Source: Streptosporangiaceae bacterium
Lineage (GTDB): Bacteria > Actinomycetota > Actinomycetes > Streptosporangiales > Streptosporangiaceae
Length of the DNA: 64,000 bases
Assembly (NCBI GenBank): GCA_050011155.1
Contig: JBEKJP010000007.1
Coordinates: 31,553 to 95,552, forward strand
Direction of reading: 5' to 3'
In this document: piece after piece, positions 9,074 through 18,721 of the stretch
How positions within the stretch are numbered: position 1 is the first letter of the stretch
How the letters are laid out: each line of letters begins with the position of its first letter
Notes under the pieces: model-generated
The model's input: only the letters and a program-made list of their open reading frames with translations
The model's database searches: none
Told to the model about the DNA's origin: nothing
Program-made: the position numbers and the translations under genes

Positions 9074-9150
9074 TGGGTGGATCCGGGTTATCGGGTGGAT
9101 TTGGGGGCCTATGGACCCCCTAATCCACCCCGTAACCCCAGTCCACCCCA
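9074..9150. repeat. Copy A of an ~80-bp palindromic element made of GGGTGGATCC / GGATCCACCC units
   Basis: The left arm tgggtggatccgggttatcgggtggatttggggg pairs with the right arm ccccctaatccaccccgtaaccccagtccaccc. Related copies occur at 42106-42186, 42313-42398 and 49189-49271. Confidence 0.7.
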
Positions 9151-9371
9151 TTGATTTTCAGTGGACTGCATAATTATACGGCGAACTATGACAAATGTGA
9201 CTATCGGGGCTAATGGGGCGATAGCTAGGGGGAAAGCGCTCGATAGCGGGGCGAGGGCGCCGTGACCGAGACGGGTCGGCTGGAGCGAGCTGGGGCTTGA
9301 CGCGGGATCGGGTGAGGTGATTTCGTAAGGAAAGTTTCTTTTCAGTGCTGGGATCGGCGAGGAGGAATCAT

Positions 9372-10436
9372 ATGGTCCGGCGTGTCCTGCTAGCTCTGAC
9401 GGTGCTGGGGCTCCTCGCGGCGTCCTTGCTGGCTCAGCCCGCGGCCCAGGCTAAGAGCGTCGCCCGGGCGGCGAGTTCGCTGCGGGCCTGGCCGCGGCAC
9501 GTGTACGCGCCGTACTTCGAGACCTGGACCTCGGACAGCATCCCGGCCGTGGCCTGGAAGTCAGAAGCGCGGTACTTCAGCCTGGCCTTCGTCCAGACCG
9601 CCAAGGCGGGCTCGTGCGCCCTGACCTGGAACGGCACCAAGAACCAGCCGGTGCCAGGACCGCGTTACCAGGGGCAGATCGCGGCGCTCAGGCAACTGGG
9701 CGGCGACGTGACGCCGACCTTCGGCGGCTTCAGCGCGGACTCCACCAAGACCGAGATCGCCGACTCCTGCACCAGCGTCAGCCAGATCGCGGCCGATTAC
9801 GAGGCGGTGATCAAGGGCTACCACGTGACCCGGCTCGACATGGATGTCGAGGTCAACTCGCTGGACAACAAGGCGGGCATCGACCGCCGGAACAAGGCGA
9901 TCGCGCTGGTCGAGGCGTGGGCCCGGCACACCGGCCGGCCGCTGCAGATCGAGTACACGCTGCCGGTCGAGCCGGGCGGCCTGGAGGCCGACGCCCTGCA
10001 CGTGCTGAAGAACGCGGTTGCGAACGGCGCGCGGGTGGACACGGTCAACATCATGACCTTCGACTACTACCTGGCCAAGGAGCCGGAGCCGCTCGACATG
10101 GGCGCGCTGGCCATCACCGCCGCCAACAACGTGCACCGCCAGCTGGCCGCGCTGTACCCGGGCCGCTCCGCGAGCAAGCTGTGGTCGATGGAAGGCATCA
10201 CGATCCTGCCCGGCATCGACGACTACCCGGGCAAGACCGAGGTCACCCACCTCAGCGACACCCAGCAGATCCTGAGCTTCGCCCAGGCCCACGGTCTCGG
10301 GCTGCTGTCGATCTGGGCGATCCAGCGGGACAACGGCGGCTGCCCGGGCGCCATCGACAGCAACTCGTGCTCCGGCGTCAAGCAGGCGCCGTGGGCCTTC
10401 AGCCACCTGCTCGAGCCGGTCACCGGCTTCTTCTAA
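9372..10436 (+). CDS. Secreted glycoside hydrolase family 18-like protein (chitinase class III-like)
   Basis: Signal peptide MVRRVLLALTVLGLLAASLLAQPAAQA. YAPYFETW and FGGxS motifs, plus LDMDVE, which resembles the GH18 DxxDxDxE catalytic motif. GGAGGA lies 5 nt upstream of the ATG at 9372, so the ORF-track start at 9345 is probably too early. Confidence 0.7.
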   Translation: MVRRVLLALTVLGLLAASLLAQPAAQAKSVARAASSLRAWPRHVYAPYFETWTSDSIPAVAWKSEARYFSLAFVQTAKAGSCALTWNGTKNQPVPGPRYQGQIAALRQLGGDVTPTFGGFSADSTKTEIADSCTSVSQIAADYEAVIKGYHVTRLDMDVEVNSLDNKAGIDRRNKAIALVEAWARHTGRPLQIEYTLPVEPGGLEADALHVLKNAVANGARVDTVNIMTFDYYLAKEPEPLDMGALAITAANNVHRQLAALYPGRSASKLWSMEGITILPGIDDYPGKTEVTHLSDTQQILSFAQAHGLGLLSIWAIQRDNGGCPGAIDSNSCSGVKQAPWAFSHLLEPVTGFF

Positions 10437-11191
10437 CGCAGGTACGACGCTCCGTTGAGGTCGAGGACGGCCCCGCTGGCCCACTCGGCCGGCTCGGAGG
10501 CCAGGTAGACCACGGCCGCCGCGATCTCCTCGACCGTGGCCACCCGGCCGAACGGGCTCTGCGCGCGGATCTCCTCGCCCCGCGCCGAGTCCAGGTCCGG
10601 CCGGGCCATGGCGGTTTCGACGAAGCCGGGAGCGACGCTCGCGACCGCGATGCCGAACGGCGCCAGGGCCCGGGCCATCGACTGGCCGAACGAGTTCAGG
10701 CCGGCCTTGCTTGCCCCGTAAGCGGGATGGCGGGGTTCGCCGCGGTAGGCGCCGCGCGAGGTCACGTTCACGATCCGCCCGCCGGTCGCCTTCATGTACT
10801 GTACGGCGCACCAGGTCACGTTGGCCGCGCCGGTGAGGTTGACGGCCAGGATGTCGCGCCAGGCGTCCTGCCATTGCTCGTACGACACCTCGGTGACCGG
10901 GTGGGTCACGTAGATCCCGGCGTTGTTGACCAGGACATCCAGGCCACCGAGGTCGGCGTGGGCCTGATCGACCATCTGGCGGACGGTTTCCGGGTCGGCC
11001 AGGTCGGCCTGGACCACCGTATGGCCGCTCCCGGGCAGCCCGGCCAGCACCTGGCCGGCCAACTCGGCCGAGCCGCGGTGGTGCACCGCCACCCGGTCAC
11101 CCAGCTCGGCGAACGCCTGGGCCACCGCCCGGCCGATGCCGCGGGACGCTCCGGTCACCAGGACCGCCCGGGCCACTACTTCGCCTCGCAC
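10433..11191 (-). CDS. Short-chain dehydrogenase/reductase (FabG-like SDR)
   Basis: TGASRGIG cofactor motif, NNAG, and the catalytic YGASKAG (YxxxK). An alternative GTG start at 11176 would overlap the upstream stop by only 1 nt. Confidence 0.88.
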   Translation of the reverse strand: MRGEVVARAVLVTGASRGIGRAVAQAFAELGDRVAVHHRGSAELAGQVLAGLPGSGHTVVQADLADPETVRQMVDQAHADLGGLDVLVNNAGIYVTHPVTEVSYEQWQDAWRDILAVNLTGAANVTWCAVQYMKATGGRIVNVTSRGAYRGEPRHPAYGASKAGLNSFGQSMARALAPFGIAVASVAPGFVETAMARPDLDSARGEEIRAQSPFGRVATVEEIAAAVVYLASEPAEWASGAVLDLNGASYLR

Positions 11192-11760
11192 AGGGACAGC
11201 AGTTTGGTGGCGGTGGCCAGGTTCCTGGCCGTGGCGGCCAGGCCCTGCTTCTTCTTCTGCTTCGTCGGCGGGGTCATGATCCGGAAGAGGTTCTGGGCCA
11301 GCTCGCTGCGCCCGAACCCGTCCGGCGTGTGCAGGTAGAGCACACGCTCGCCCGCCTGGAGGACGTCCCGGCTGCCCTTGGCCGCCGCGGCGCTCGCGGC
11401 GGCCGTGATGCGGTCGAGCCGGTCCGGCGGCGGCTCGCCGTCGAGAAACACCACATGGACCAGCCTCGGGTCCGGCTCGTCCGGATACGGGTTAGCGGCC
11501 AGCACCGCGGCCAGCTCGTCCCGGCTCAGGACCACCACCGAGGACCACAAGCCGAACCGGTCCTCGATCGCCGTCTCCAGCGCCGCGGCCAGCTTCGCGT
11601 TGTCCGTGTCGGCCGTGCTGAACAGCACGTTCCCGCTCTGGATGTAGGTGGCCACCCCGGTATGGCCGAGGGCGGCCACGACCTCGCGCAATTCCGCCAT
11701 CGGGACCTTGTTCCGGCCGCCGACGTTGATGCCGCGCAGCAGTGCGACGTGTGATGCCAT
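11176..11760 (-). CDS. DUF1697 domain protein
   Basis: MASHVALLRGINVGGRNKVPMAEL is the characteristic DUF1697 N-terminus. The start is moved to the ATG at 11760. Confidence 0.8.
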   Translation of the reverse strand: MASHVALLRGINVGGRNKVPMAELREVVAALGHTGVATYIQSGNVLFSTADTDNAKLAAALETAIEDRFGLWSSVVVLSRDELAAVLAANPYPDEPDPRLVHVVFLDGEPPPDRLDRITAAASAAAAKGSRDVLQAGERVLYLHTPDGFGRSELAQNLFRIMTPPTKQKKKQGLAATARNLATATKLLSLCEAK

Positions 11761-11896
11761 GGTCCCATTCTCCCCGCTGACACGGGGTTCCCGCCCTGGT
11801 CGCTGCGTGACCAAGACAACGGAACTAGACAGGTCAGCACATTAAGGCCCTCGGGTAACTTTGGTACCCGTGAGTTAGCTGACACAATGCCGTCTC

Positions 11897-13156
11897 GTGC
11901 GTGGTGCCCGGAGAGGCCCGTTCCACGATCTGCCGCCGGAGGTGGCGATCCTCTCCGCCGTCTCGTTCTGCGTCGCACTCGGGTTCGGTATCGTGGCCCC
12001 CGTCATCCCGGCCTTCGCCCGCCAGTTTGGCGTGAGCGTGGCCGCGGCGGCCAGCGTGATCAGCGTGTTCGCGCTGATGCGGGTGATCGGGGCGCTGCCC
12101 GCAGGGCGGCTGGTGGACCGTTTCGGCGAGCCTGGGGTGATGGCGGCGGGCATCGCGGTGGTGGCGGTGAGCAGCGTCCTGGCCGGGTTCTCCCAGTCCT
12201 TCGTGGAGCTGATGGTGCTGCGCGGCAGCGGCGGGGTGGGGTCGGCGATGTTCAGCATCAGCGCCCAGGCCCTGCTCCTCGGCACCGTGCCCGGCCACCA
12301 GCGCGGCCGGGCCAGCGGCCTGTTCAGCGGCGGCTTCCTGCTCGGCGGGATCGGCGGCCCCGCGCTGGGCGGGCTGGTCGCGGCGTGGTCGCTGCGGGCG
12401 CCGTTCTTCATCTACGGCTTCTTGCTCGTGGTGCCCGCGGTCCTGGCCGCGGTGATGCTGCGCCGCGCGCCGGGCCGGCCGCAGGAGGCCGTCCGCCGTC
12501 CGCCGGCCCGGCTGCTGGCCACCCTGGGCGAGGCCGTGCGCAGCCGGACCTGGCGCGCCGCGGCCTCGGCCAACCTGGCCGACGGCTTCGCCGCGCTGGG
12601 CGTGCGCGCCTCCTTGGTCCCGCTGTTCGTCCGGGAGGTGCTGCACCGGTCGGAACTGTGGACCGGGATCGGGTTCCTGCTGTTCGCCATGCTGAACGGT
12701 GCCGCGCTGATACCCGGCGGGCGGCTGGCGGACAACCTCGGCCGCCGTCCCGTCGTCGTCGCGGGCTGCCTGATATCGGCCGCGGGCATGGTGACGCTCG
12801 CGTTGCTGCCCGGGCCGGCCGCCTTCCTGGCCGCGATGGCCGTGGCCGGTTTCGGCTCGGGCCTGCTCGACGTGGCCCCGGCCGCCATGATCGGCGACAT
12901 CATCGGCCGCGGCGGCGGCACCATGGTCGCGTCGTACCAGATGGCGGGCGACGTGGGATCGGTCACCGGGCCGGTCGCCGGTGGGCTGCTGGTCGACTCG
13001 GCTTCCTACGGCGCGGCCTTCGGCCTGGCCGCCGCCGTGCTCGGCGCGGCCGCCCTGCTGGGGCTGATCTCGCCCGAGACCCAGCGGGATGACCACGCCC
13101 GGCGGCCATCCCCGAGCCCGCTGCGCGACCCGGACTCCAATGCCAGGGTGCGCTGA
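11897..13156 (+). CDS. MFS transporter
   Basis: About 12 predicted hydrophobic segments. The MFS loop 2-3 motif GRLVDRFGE and a second-half RLADNLGRRP motif are present. Confidence 0.85.
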   Translation: MRGARRGPFHDLPPEVAILSAVSFCVALGFGIVAPVIPAFARQFGVSVAAAASVISVFALMRVIGALPAGRLVDRFGEPGVMAAGIAVVAVSSVLAGFSQSFVELMVLRGSGGVGSAMFSISAQALLLGTVPGHQRGRASGLFSGGFLLGGIGGPALGGLVAAWSLRAPFFIYGFLLVVPAVLAAVMLRRAPGRPQEAVRRPPARLLATLGEAVRSRTWRAAASANLADGFAALGVRASLVPLFVREVLHRSELWTGIGFLLFAMLNGAALIPGGRLADNLGRRPVVVAGCLISAAGMVTLALLPGPAAFLAAMAVAGFGSGLLDVAPAAMIGDIIGRGGGTMVASYQMAGDVGSVTGPVAGGLLVDSASYGAAFGLAAAVLGAAALLGLISPETQRDDHARRPSPSPLRDPDSNARVR

Positions 13157-13277
13157 GGCTCACCTGACCTGCTGGCGCCCGGCCGCCCGGGCCGGCCGCA
13201 GGATGATGACCACGCGGGAGCCGCGCACCCCATCGACGGCACCCGGCCCACCGTCAGCATCGGCACCATGATCAGCG

Positions 13278-13484
13278 GTGGCATCACCCCCGTTCATGCA
13301 CCCCGAGACCATGACCGCGATCATCGAGGTGCGGGTCATCGAGGGAATGACCAAAGAGGATGTAACGAACGAGCTCCGATCAGCCCTGCTGACCGAAGCC
13401 GGCCTCCCCACCCTGCCCGCCTTCGGCTGCGGCTCCCTGGCCGACCTGGCCGAAGCCCTCGTCCGCGCCTACACGATCTCCTGA
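13278..13484 (+). CDS. Small hypothetical protein (57-68 aa; start uncertain, possibly the ATG at 13311)
   Basis: Strong GC3 bias in this frame (MTAIIEVRVIEGMTKEDVTNELRSALLTEAG...). It is followed by a perfect 10-bp stem hairpin. No family was recognised. Confidence 0.35.
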   Translation: MASPPFMHPETMTAIIEVRVIEGMTKEDVTNELRSALLTEAGLPTLPAFGCGSLADLAEALVRAYTIS

Positions 13485-13516
13485 CCCCGGGACCGTTACC
13501 GCTGAGCGGGAAAGAT

Positions 13517-13550
13517 CCGGGCCAGCCCCAGTTACCTGGCGCTGGCCCGG
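13517..13550. terminator. Candidate bidirectional terminator hairpin (10-bp perfect stem CCGGGCCAGC / GCTGGCCCGG, 14-nt loop)
   Basis: Read directly from the sequence. It lies between convergent genes ending at 13484 (+) and 13579 (-). Confidence 0.5.
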
Positions 13551-13578
13551 ATCGACCACCGGCAGCTAGCCGCTGCGG

Positions 13579-15426
13579 TCAGAACCACCAATGATGGTGA
13601 TGGCCGTCGGCGGCGCCCGCATTGCCGCCCGGCGCGGCGTTTGATGCCGCGGGCGCCGGACTCGATGCCGGGGGAGCGGCCGGGGCCGAACCTCCCGAAG
13701 CGGTCGGGGCCGGGGCCGAACCCGACGCGGCCGGGCTGGCGGACCCGGCGGCGGTGGTGGCCGGGCAGACCTTCATACCCGCGGTCGGATTGCCCGCTCC
13801 CGCCGTGACCGCGTTTACCTGCTGGAGGAAGCATGCCGCCACCACGACGCCGTTGCCGTCCACGGTGGTGGAGACATCATTCTGCAGGCCGAAATTCTGG
13901 CAGTTGAGGTTGACGAAGGACTGCTGCAGGCGCATGGCCAGGAAGTTGAACAGGTTGCTCGCCATGTCCGCCGCCGGGCTCGCCTGCCCGATCAGCAGGT
14001 TGACGTCCTGCTGCAGCCGGACGCCCTGGATGCTCTCCATGTCACCGCAGTACTCCGCGGGCGACTCGCCGACCGGGAGTGGCGCCATGTCGACGATCGA
14101 GCGGTAGGTATTCGTCTTGTCCGTGCTGGTGTTGCCGTTGTTGTCGAGGACCATCGGGTCGTTGAGCGGCACCAGGGCGGCCGGGCCGCCCGACTGGCCC
14201 GCGAACTGTGCCGCCTGGAGTTCGTCGAGCGGCAGGGCGGTGACCGGCGTCCCGCCGTTGGCCAGGTCGGGGACCTGCCACGGCGTGCAGCCGAGAGCAG
14301 GATCCACGAAGAAGTCGAGCAGGCCGTTGTCGCTGCCGTTGACCAGCGTGGTCGCGCCGGCCAGGGCCTGCTGGTTGGCCGTCGTGAACTGCGCGATCTG
14401 CCCGTTGCCGTTCGCCAGGTACTTCGTGGTGACGTTGTCGCTCTGGTCCTGGTCGATGAGGGCGAAGTTGCGCGTCGTCAGGCAGGGCTGCCCGTCCTTC
14501 GCGGTACCGGGACTCGGCACCGTCAGCGTGCCGGCCTGGATGGCGGTATTAGCCGCCTGGAAGAATGCGACCGCGTTGCAGGCGGCCACCTGGGTGAACG
14601 GCGAGAACACGCCCGCGATGCTCTCTCCGGCGATGCAGTTGCTCTGCTGCAGGATGGCATCCGGCGTACCCGAGGCCGCCGGGACATTGGCGGTGGCCGG
14701 CGGGGTCGTGCCGGTGGCGGCGGGGACCGTCGCCGTTGCCGCCGCGGCCGTGGAAGGTGCTGCGGGACTGCCCGTGAGCGTCGGCGAGCCCGTCGCCGTG
14801 GCGACTGCCACGGGAGTGGCCGTCGCGGTGGCGGATGCGGCGGTCGCCGTGGCGGTTCCCGCCTGGTCGGCGCCCGCGAGGGTCAGGGTGTTCCCGTTGA
14901 ACCCGAACCACAACGCGACCACGCCGCCGGCCGGAAGCGCGGGCACCACCGGCGTTGCCGCCGGCTGGGTCCCCGCGTCGACGACCAGCGGGTTGTAGAC
15001 GGAGATCTGCCCGGTAGCCGGATCGATGACCGCTCCCTGGACGAACGCCGTCTGGCCGGCGTTCGCCTCGTTGCACGGCCCGTCCGCCGGGTTGGTCGCG
15101 GTGAGCTGGTACGCAGTGGCGAGCCCCTGGGCGGTCAGCGGGTTGGCCGGCACGATCAGCGTGCAGTTCGGATTGACCGCGGCGTCGGCCGCGTTGCGGG
15201 CCGTGAGCACGTGCGTGGCTCCGGCTGCCACCACGCCGATGCTCAGGATTCCCACCCCCGCCATGACGATGGGGGTCTTCCGTCCCCGAGAGCCGCGGAG
15301 CCGCGGGTAACTTCTGCTTCCGTAGTCCCCGAATCCCCGGTGACTGGCGGGGTACGCCCGCCGATTCCAGCCACGACCTGCTCGCATGATCCGGTCCCTT
15401 CGAACGAGGTGACATGAGACGATCAC
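13579..15426 (-). CDS. Secreted or membrane-anchored Cys-containing protein of unknown function, with Ala/Thr/Pro low-complexity linkers
   Basis: Long ORF with good GC3 bias. N-terminal hydrophobic anchor (IVMAGVGILSIGVVAAGATHVLTA). Two globular Cys-containing regions are separated by a TATATAASATATATP-type linker. The C-terminal Ala/Ser/Pro tail ends in HHHHWWF. The true start is uncertain because several in-frame starts exist. Confidence 0.65.
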   Translation of the reverse strand: MIVSCHLVRRDRIMRAGRGWNRRAYPASHRGFGDYGSRSYPRLRGSRGRKTPIVMAGVGILSIGVVAAGATHVLTARNAADAAVNPNCTLIVPANPLTAQGLATAYQLTATNPADGPCNEANAGQTAFVQGAVIDPATGQISVYNPLVVDAGTQPAATPVVPALPAGGVVALWFGFNGNTLTLAGADQAGTATATAASATATATPVAVATATGSPTLTGSPAAPSTAAAATATVPAATGTTPPATANVPAASGTPDAILQQSNCIAGESIAGVFSPFTQVAACNAVAFFQAANTAIQAGTLTVPSPGTAKDGQPCLTTRNFALIDQDQSDNVTTKYLANGNGQIAQFTTANQQALAGATTLVNGSDNGLLDFFVDPALGCTPWQVPDLANGGTPVTALPLDELQAAQFAGQSGGPAALVPLNDPMVLDNNGNTSTDKTNTYRSIVDMAPLPVGESPAEYCGDMESIQGVRLQQDVNLLIGQASPAADMASNLFNFLAMRLQQSFVNLNCQNFGLQNDVSTTVDGNGVVVAACFLQQVNAVTAGAGNPTAGMKVCPATTAAGSASPAASGSAPAPTASGGSAPAAPPASSPAPAASNAAPGGNAGAADGHHHHWWF

Positions 15427-15542
15427 GCTCCCAAGATCGAAACGTTAGCCACTCGTTACGCGGGACCTGCGAGTTTCAGGAGTTCATATGAATTACGTAT
15501 TTATGACCACGAGCGCCAGCCGGAACCCGCCGCCGCCTCCGC

Positions 15543-16907
15543 ATGACCCGCACCTCCCGGCTACGGGGCGGAGGCGGGACGGCCACCGCTATCGTTAGCC
15601 AGGTGACGTCATGGGCCGATCACGCCATCTGGTGGCACGTGTACCCGCTGGGTTTCACCGGTGCGGAGAAGGCCGAGCCGCCCGCAGAAGAGCCCGTCCG
15701 GCACCGGTTGCGGCAGCTGGCGGGATGGCTGGACTACGCCGTCGAGCTCGGCTGCTCGGGCCTGTTGCTCGGGCCGGTCTTCGCTGCCGAGACTCACGGT
15801 TACGACACCATCGACCACTTCCAGATCGATCCCCGGCTCGGCGACCAGGAGGATTTCGACCACCTGATCGCCGAGGCCGGCCGCCGGGGCCTGCGCGTCG
15901 CCCTGGACGGCGTGTTCAATCACGTCGGCCGTTCGTTCCCGGCGTTCCAGGCGGCGCTGCGCGGCGGTCCGGGCTCGCCCGCCGCCAAGTGGTTCCGGCG
16001 CGATCCGGCCAGCGGGGACTTCGTCACGTTCGAGGGACATCACCAGCTGGTCGCCCTGGACCATAAGGAGCCCGAGGTCCTGGACTACGTCACGCAGGTC
16101 ATGAACCACTGGCTGGACCGGGGCGCGGCCGGATGGCGGCTCGACGCCGCGTACGCGGTCCCGGCCAGCTTCTGGGCCAAGGCCTTGCCGACGGTCCGGG
16201 CCTCGCACCCGGACGCCTGGTTCCTCGGCGAGATGATCCACGGCGACTACGCCGCCTACGCGACGGACAGCGGCCTGGACGCGATCACCCAGTACGAGCT
16301 GTGGAAGGCCATCTGGAGCTCGCTGAACGACCGGAACTTCTTCGAGCTGGCCTGGGCGCTCAAACGGCACGACCAGGTACTCGACGCATGTGTGCCGCAG
16401 ACGTTCACCGGGAACCACGACGTGACCAGGCTAGCCAGCCAGCTCACCGACGAACGCCACCTCGGCCACGCGCTGGCCGTGCTGATGACCGTCGCCGGCA
16501 TCCCGAGCATCTACTACGGCGACGAGCAGGCCTTCCGGGGCGTCAAGGAGGAGCGGGCCGGCGGCGACGACGAGATCCGCCCGGCCTTCCCGGCCAGTCC
16601 GGCCGAGCTGCCCCCCGGCGGCTGGCCCGTCTACCGCCTGCACCAGCGGCTCATCGGCTTCCGCCGCCGCCACCCCTGGCTGGTCCGCGCACGCACCTCA
16701 GTCCCGCACCTGGCCAACCAGACGATGGCCGTCCGGGCTTTTACCGATGATGCCGAGGTCCTGCTGCTCCTCAACACCGGCGACGACGCGTTCCGGTTCC
16801 CCGTCGACGTCACCGGGTTCGGCGTCACCGAGACCCCCGACCCGGGCGCCAGGCCAGACGACCCCGCGCTCGTGCCCGCGCACAGCTGGGTCATCCTCGC
16901 CTCGTGA
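15543..16907 (+). CDS. Glycoside hydrolase family 13 (alpha-amylase family) enzyme
   Basis: GH13 conserved regions are present: DGVFNHVG (region I), GWRLDAAY (II), FLGEMIHGD (III) and FTGNHDVTR (IV). The start may instead be a downstream GTG near 15603. Confidence 0.88.
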   Translation: MTRTSRLRGGGGTATAIVSQVTSWADHAIWWHVYPLGFTGAEKAEPPAEEPVRHRLRQLAGWLDYAVELGCSGLLLGPVFAAETHGYDTIDHFQIDPRLGDQEDFDHLIAEAGRRGLRVALDGVFNHVGRSFPAFQAALRGGPGSPAAKWFRRDPASGDFVTFEGHHQLVALDHKEPEVLDYVTQVMNHWLDRGAAGWRLDAAYAVPASFWAKALPTVRASHPDAWFLGEMIHGDYAAYATDSGLDAITQYELWKAIWSSLNDRNFFELAWALKRHDQVLDACVPQTFTGNHDVTRLASQLTDERHLGHALAVLMTVAGIPSIYYGDEQAFRGVKEERAGGDDEIRPAFPASPAELPPGGWPVYRLHQRLIGFRRRHPWLVRARTSVPHLANQTMAVRAFTDDAEVLLLLNTGDDAFRFPVDVTGFGVTETPDPGARPDDPALVPAHSWVILAS

Positions 16908-16917
16908 GCGCTCCGTC

Positions 16918-17523
16918 ATGAGCACTGTCGCCCCGGCCTGGGTCGTGGCCGGCCCGCCCGGCGCCGGCAAGAGCACGGTCGCCGAACTGCTCCTCGCCGC
17001 GCTCGAGCCGACGCCGGCGCTGCTGGACAAGGACACGATGTTCGCGCCGTTCGTCGCGGCCATCCTTGCCTCCTCCGGCCGGCCGCACGGCGAGCGCGAG
17101 GGACCCTGGTACGACGAGCACGTCAAGGTCCACGAGTACGCCGGCCTGACCGCCACCGCCCGCGAGATCCGCACGCACGGCTGCCCGGTCCTGCTCTCCG
17201 GCCCGTTCACCGCGCAGATCCACGACGCGGAACACTGGCAGGCCTGGACCGCCGAACTCGGCGGCGGCACCGTGCACCTGATCTGGGTCCGCTCGGACGA
17301 GGCCACCCTCCGCCAGCGCCTGATCGCCCGCGGCCTGGCCCGCGACGAGGCCAAGCTGGCCGAGTTCGAGCGCTTCCTCGTCAACATGCGAATCGGCGCC
17401 GAGCCCGCCGCCCCCCACCTCACCGTCGACAATCGCCACACCGCCGCTAAGTCCCTACCCGACCAGATCGCCGCCCTGGCACAGCAGGGATGGCGCCGCC
17501 TCGTCGCCCAAGAACCATCGTGA
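16918..17523 (+). CDS. P-loop ATPase/kinase (AAA_33-like)
   Basis: [25 protein letters not shown] carries a Walker A motif at the N-terminus and the product is about 200 aa. The start is placed at the ATG at 16918. The ORF-track N-terminal extension overlaps the GH13 gene and looks spurious. Confidence 0.75.
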   Translation: MSTVAPAWVVAGPPGAGKSTVAELLLAALEPTPALLDKDTMFAPFVAAILASSGRPHGEREGPWYDEHVKVHEYAGLTATAREIRTHGCPVLLSGPFTAQIHDAEHWQAWTAELGGGTVHLIWVRSDEATLRQRLIARGLARDEAKLAEFERFLVNMRIGAEPAAPHLTVDNRHTAAKSLPDQIAALAQQGWRRLVAQEPS

Positions 17524-17587
17524 ACGGCGGGTCTCTTGTGACTTGCGACGCTGCCGTGTCCCGTGACCCCGGGCCCCATACTGCCCT

Positions 17588-17643
17588 TGTGTGCCACCGG
17601 TGCACTTCTATGTGACCCCAATGTGCCACCGGGTCCGTTCCGC
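17588..17643. repeat. Copy C of the ~55-nt TGTGCCACCGGTGCAC...GTGACCC...ATGTGCCACCGGG motif
   Basis: Read directly from the sequence. It lies in the convergent intergenic region between 17523 (+) and 17701 (-). Confidence 0.7.
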
Positions 17644-17700
17644 AGCGTGGTGCCGCGCAACGGGTAGCTGCGCCGCCTGTGAAGATGACAGCGAGCACGG

Positions 17701-18447
17701 CTAGCCCATTGGGTAGCGGCGGAAGCCGACGGCGTACTCGCAGCCGGCCCCCAGGCCGACGTATCCCGCCATGTTCTTCAGAAACTCATCTGGGTCGAAC
17801 TCGCGCCCCAGTCCCTCGATGTAGGCCCTGTGCTCGCGCAGCGACGCGACCCCCGAATCGATCGTGTCCGTAACGTCCACGAAGTGCGTCGGCGTCCCAG
17901 TGCCGGCCACGTAGACGTCCCTGATCTCCTTGCACGGCGCCCCGGCCTCCGGGAACACCCACCGGTTGGCGGCGTCCCGGCAGGCGTCCAGCGTGGCCAG
18001 GCCGACGGCCCGGTGGTCGGAGTGGTTGACCGGACCCTCCTCGCCCCAGGTGAGGTCGAAGCTCTGCCCGATGATCACCTGCGGGTTGAGCCGCCGCAGC
18101 GCGGCGGCCAGGTCGCGCCGCAGCGCGATCCCGTATTCGACCAGGCCGTCCTGGTGATCGAGGAACTCGATCACGCTCACCCCGACGACCGCGCCGCTGC
18201 GCCGCTCCTCGTCGACCCGCAGCGGTCCGACCTCGGCCGGGTCCATGCCGTCGATGCCGGCCTCGCCGCGGGTCGCGAGTAGGTAGGAGACCTGCTTGCC
18301 CTGCCTGGTCCACCGGGCCACGGCCGAGGCGACGCCGTATTCGAGGTCGTCCGGATGAGCCACCACGGCAACGGCCCTGTCCCAGTCTTCCGGCACCGGC
18401 TGCATCCGCCGCCCCCTTCTTCCCTTCGGTAACCGTAACTCTGTCAT
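17701..18447 (-). CDS. PIG-L/LmbE-family deacetylase
   Basis: VVAHPDDLEYG (AHPDD motif) and HSDHRAVG (HxDH zinc-site motif). The start could be the internal ATG (MQPVPEDW). Confidence 0.85.
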   Translation of the reverse strand: MTELRLPKGRRGRRMQPVPEDWDRAVAVVAHPDDLEYGVASAVARWTRQGKQVSYLLATRGEAGIDGMDPAEVGPLRVDEERRSGAVVGVSVIEFLDHQDGLVEYGIALRRDLAAALRRLNPQVIIGQSFDLTWGEEGPVNHSDHRAVGLATLDACRDAANRWVFPEAGAPCKEIRDVYVAGTGTPTHFVDVTDTIDSGVASLREHRAYIEGLGREFDPDEFLKNMAGYVGLGAGCEYAVGFRRYPMG

Positions 18448-18472
18448 ATCCGGGCGCTGCTAACGTCCTGGC

Positions 18473-18715
18473 ATGACGTCGATCCCTGACAGCGCCCGCG
18501 CAGTGCTGGAATCCTCCGCCCTGGCCCACCTGGTGATCTACGGCACCGCCCGGATCACCGAGGGCGGCGCACCCGAGCTACTGCAGGAACTCGCCCGGAC
18601 CTACCTCGGCCCCGACGTGAAGTTCCCGCCCATGGACAACCCGCCACCCGGGTACATCACCCACATCAGCGTGGACCGGATCGCCGGCGTCGGCCCCTGG
18701 GCGAGCGAGCACTAG
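18473..18715 (+). pseudogene. PPOX-class (F420-dependent, pyridoxamine-5-phosphate-oxidase-like) protein with an apparent in-frame internal deletion
   Basis: The N-terminus MTSIPDSARAVLESSALAHLV is joined directly to the C-terminal third, IYGTARITEGGAPELLQELARTYLGPDVKFPP...GVGPW. The product is 80 aa, versus about 130-140 aa expected for this family. That expected length is from memory of the family, not from a search. Confidence 0.5.
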
Positions 18716-18721
18716 CGAGCC

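Noticed and set aside
9074-9150. DnaA-box cluster or origin-like function for the (A/G)ATCCACC units, which resemble TTATCCACA/TTGTCCACA
   Set aside because: Only the TCCAC core matches. The locus is far from any dnaA/dnaN context, and the units form long hairpins, unlike oriC or datA organisation. It is kept only as a remote possibility.
15484-15493. Palindrome TTCATATGAA in the divergent promoter between the secreted-protein gene and the GH13 gene, as a LacI/MalR-type operator
   Set aside because: It is only 10 bp, AT-rich sequence in an AT-rich spacer, and it does not match any operator consensus I know. It is mentioned in a finding but not called as a feature.
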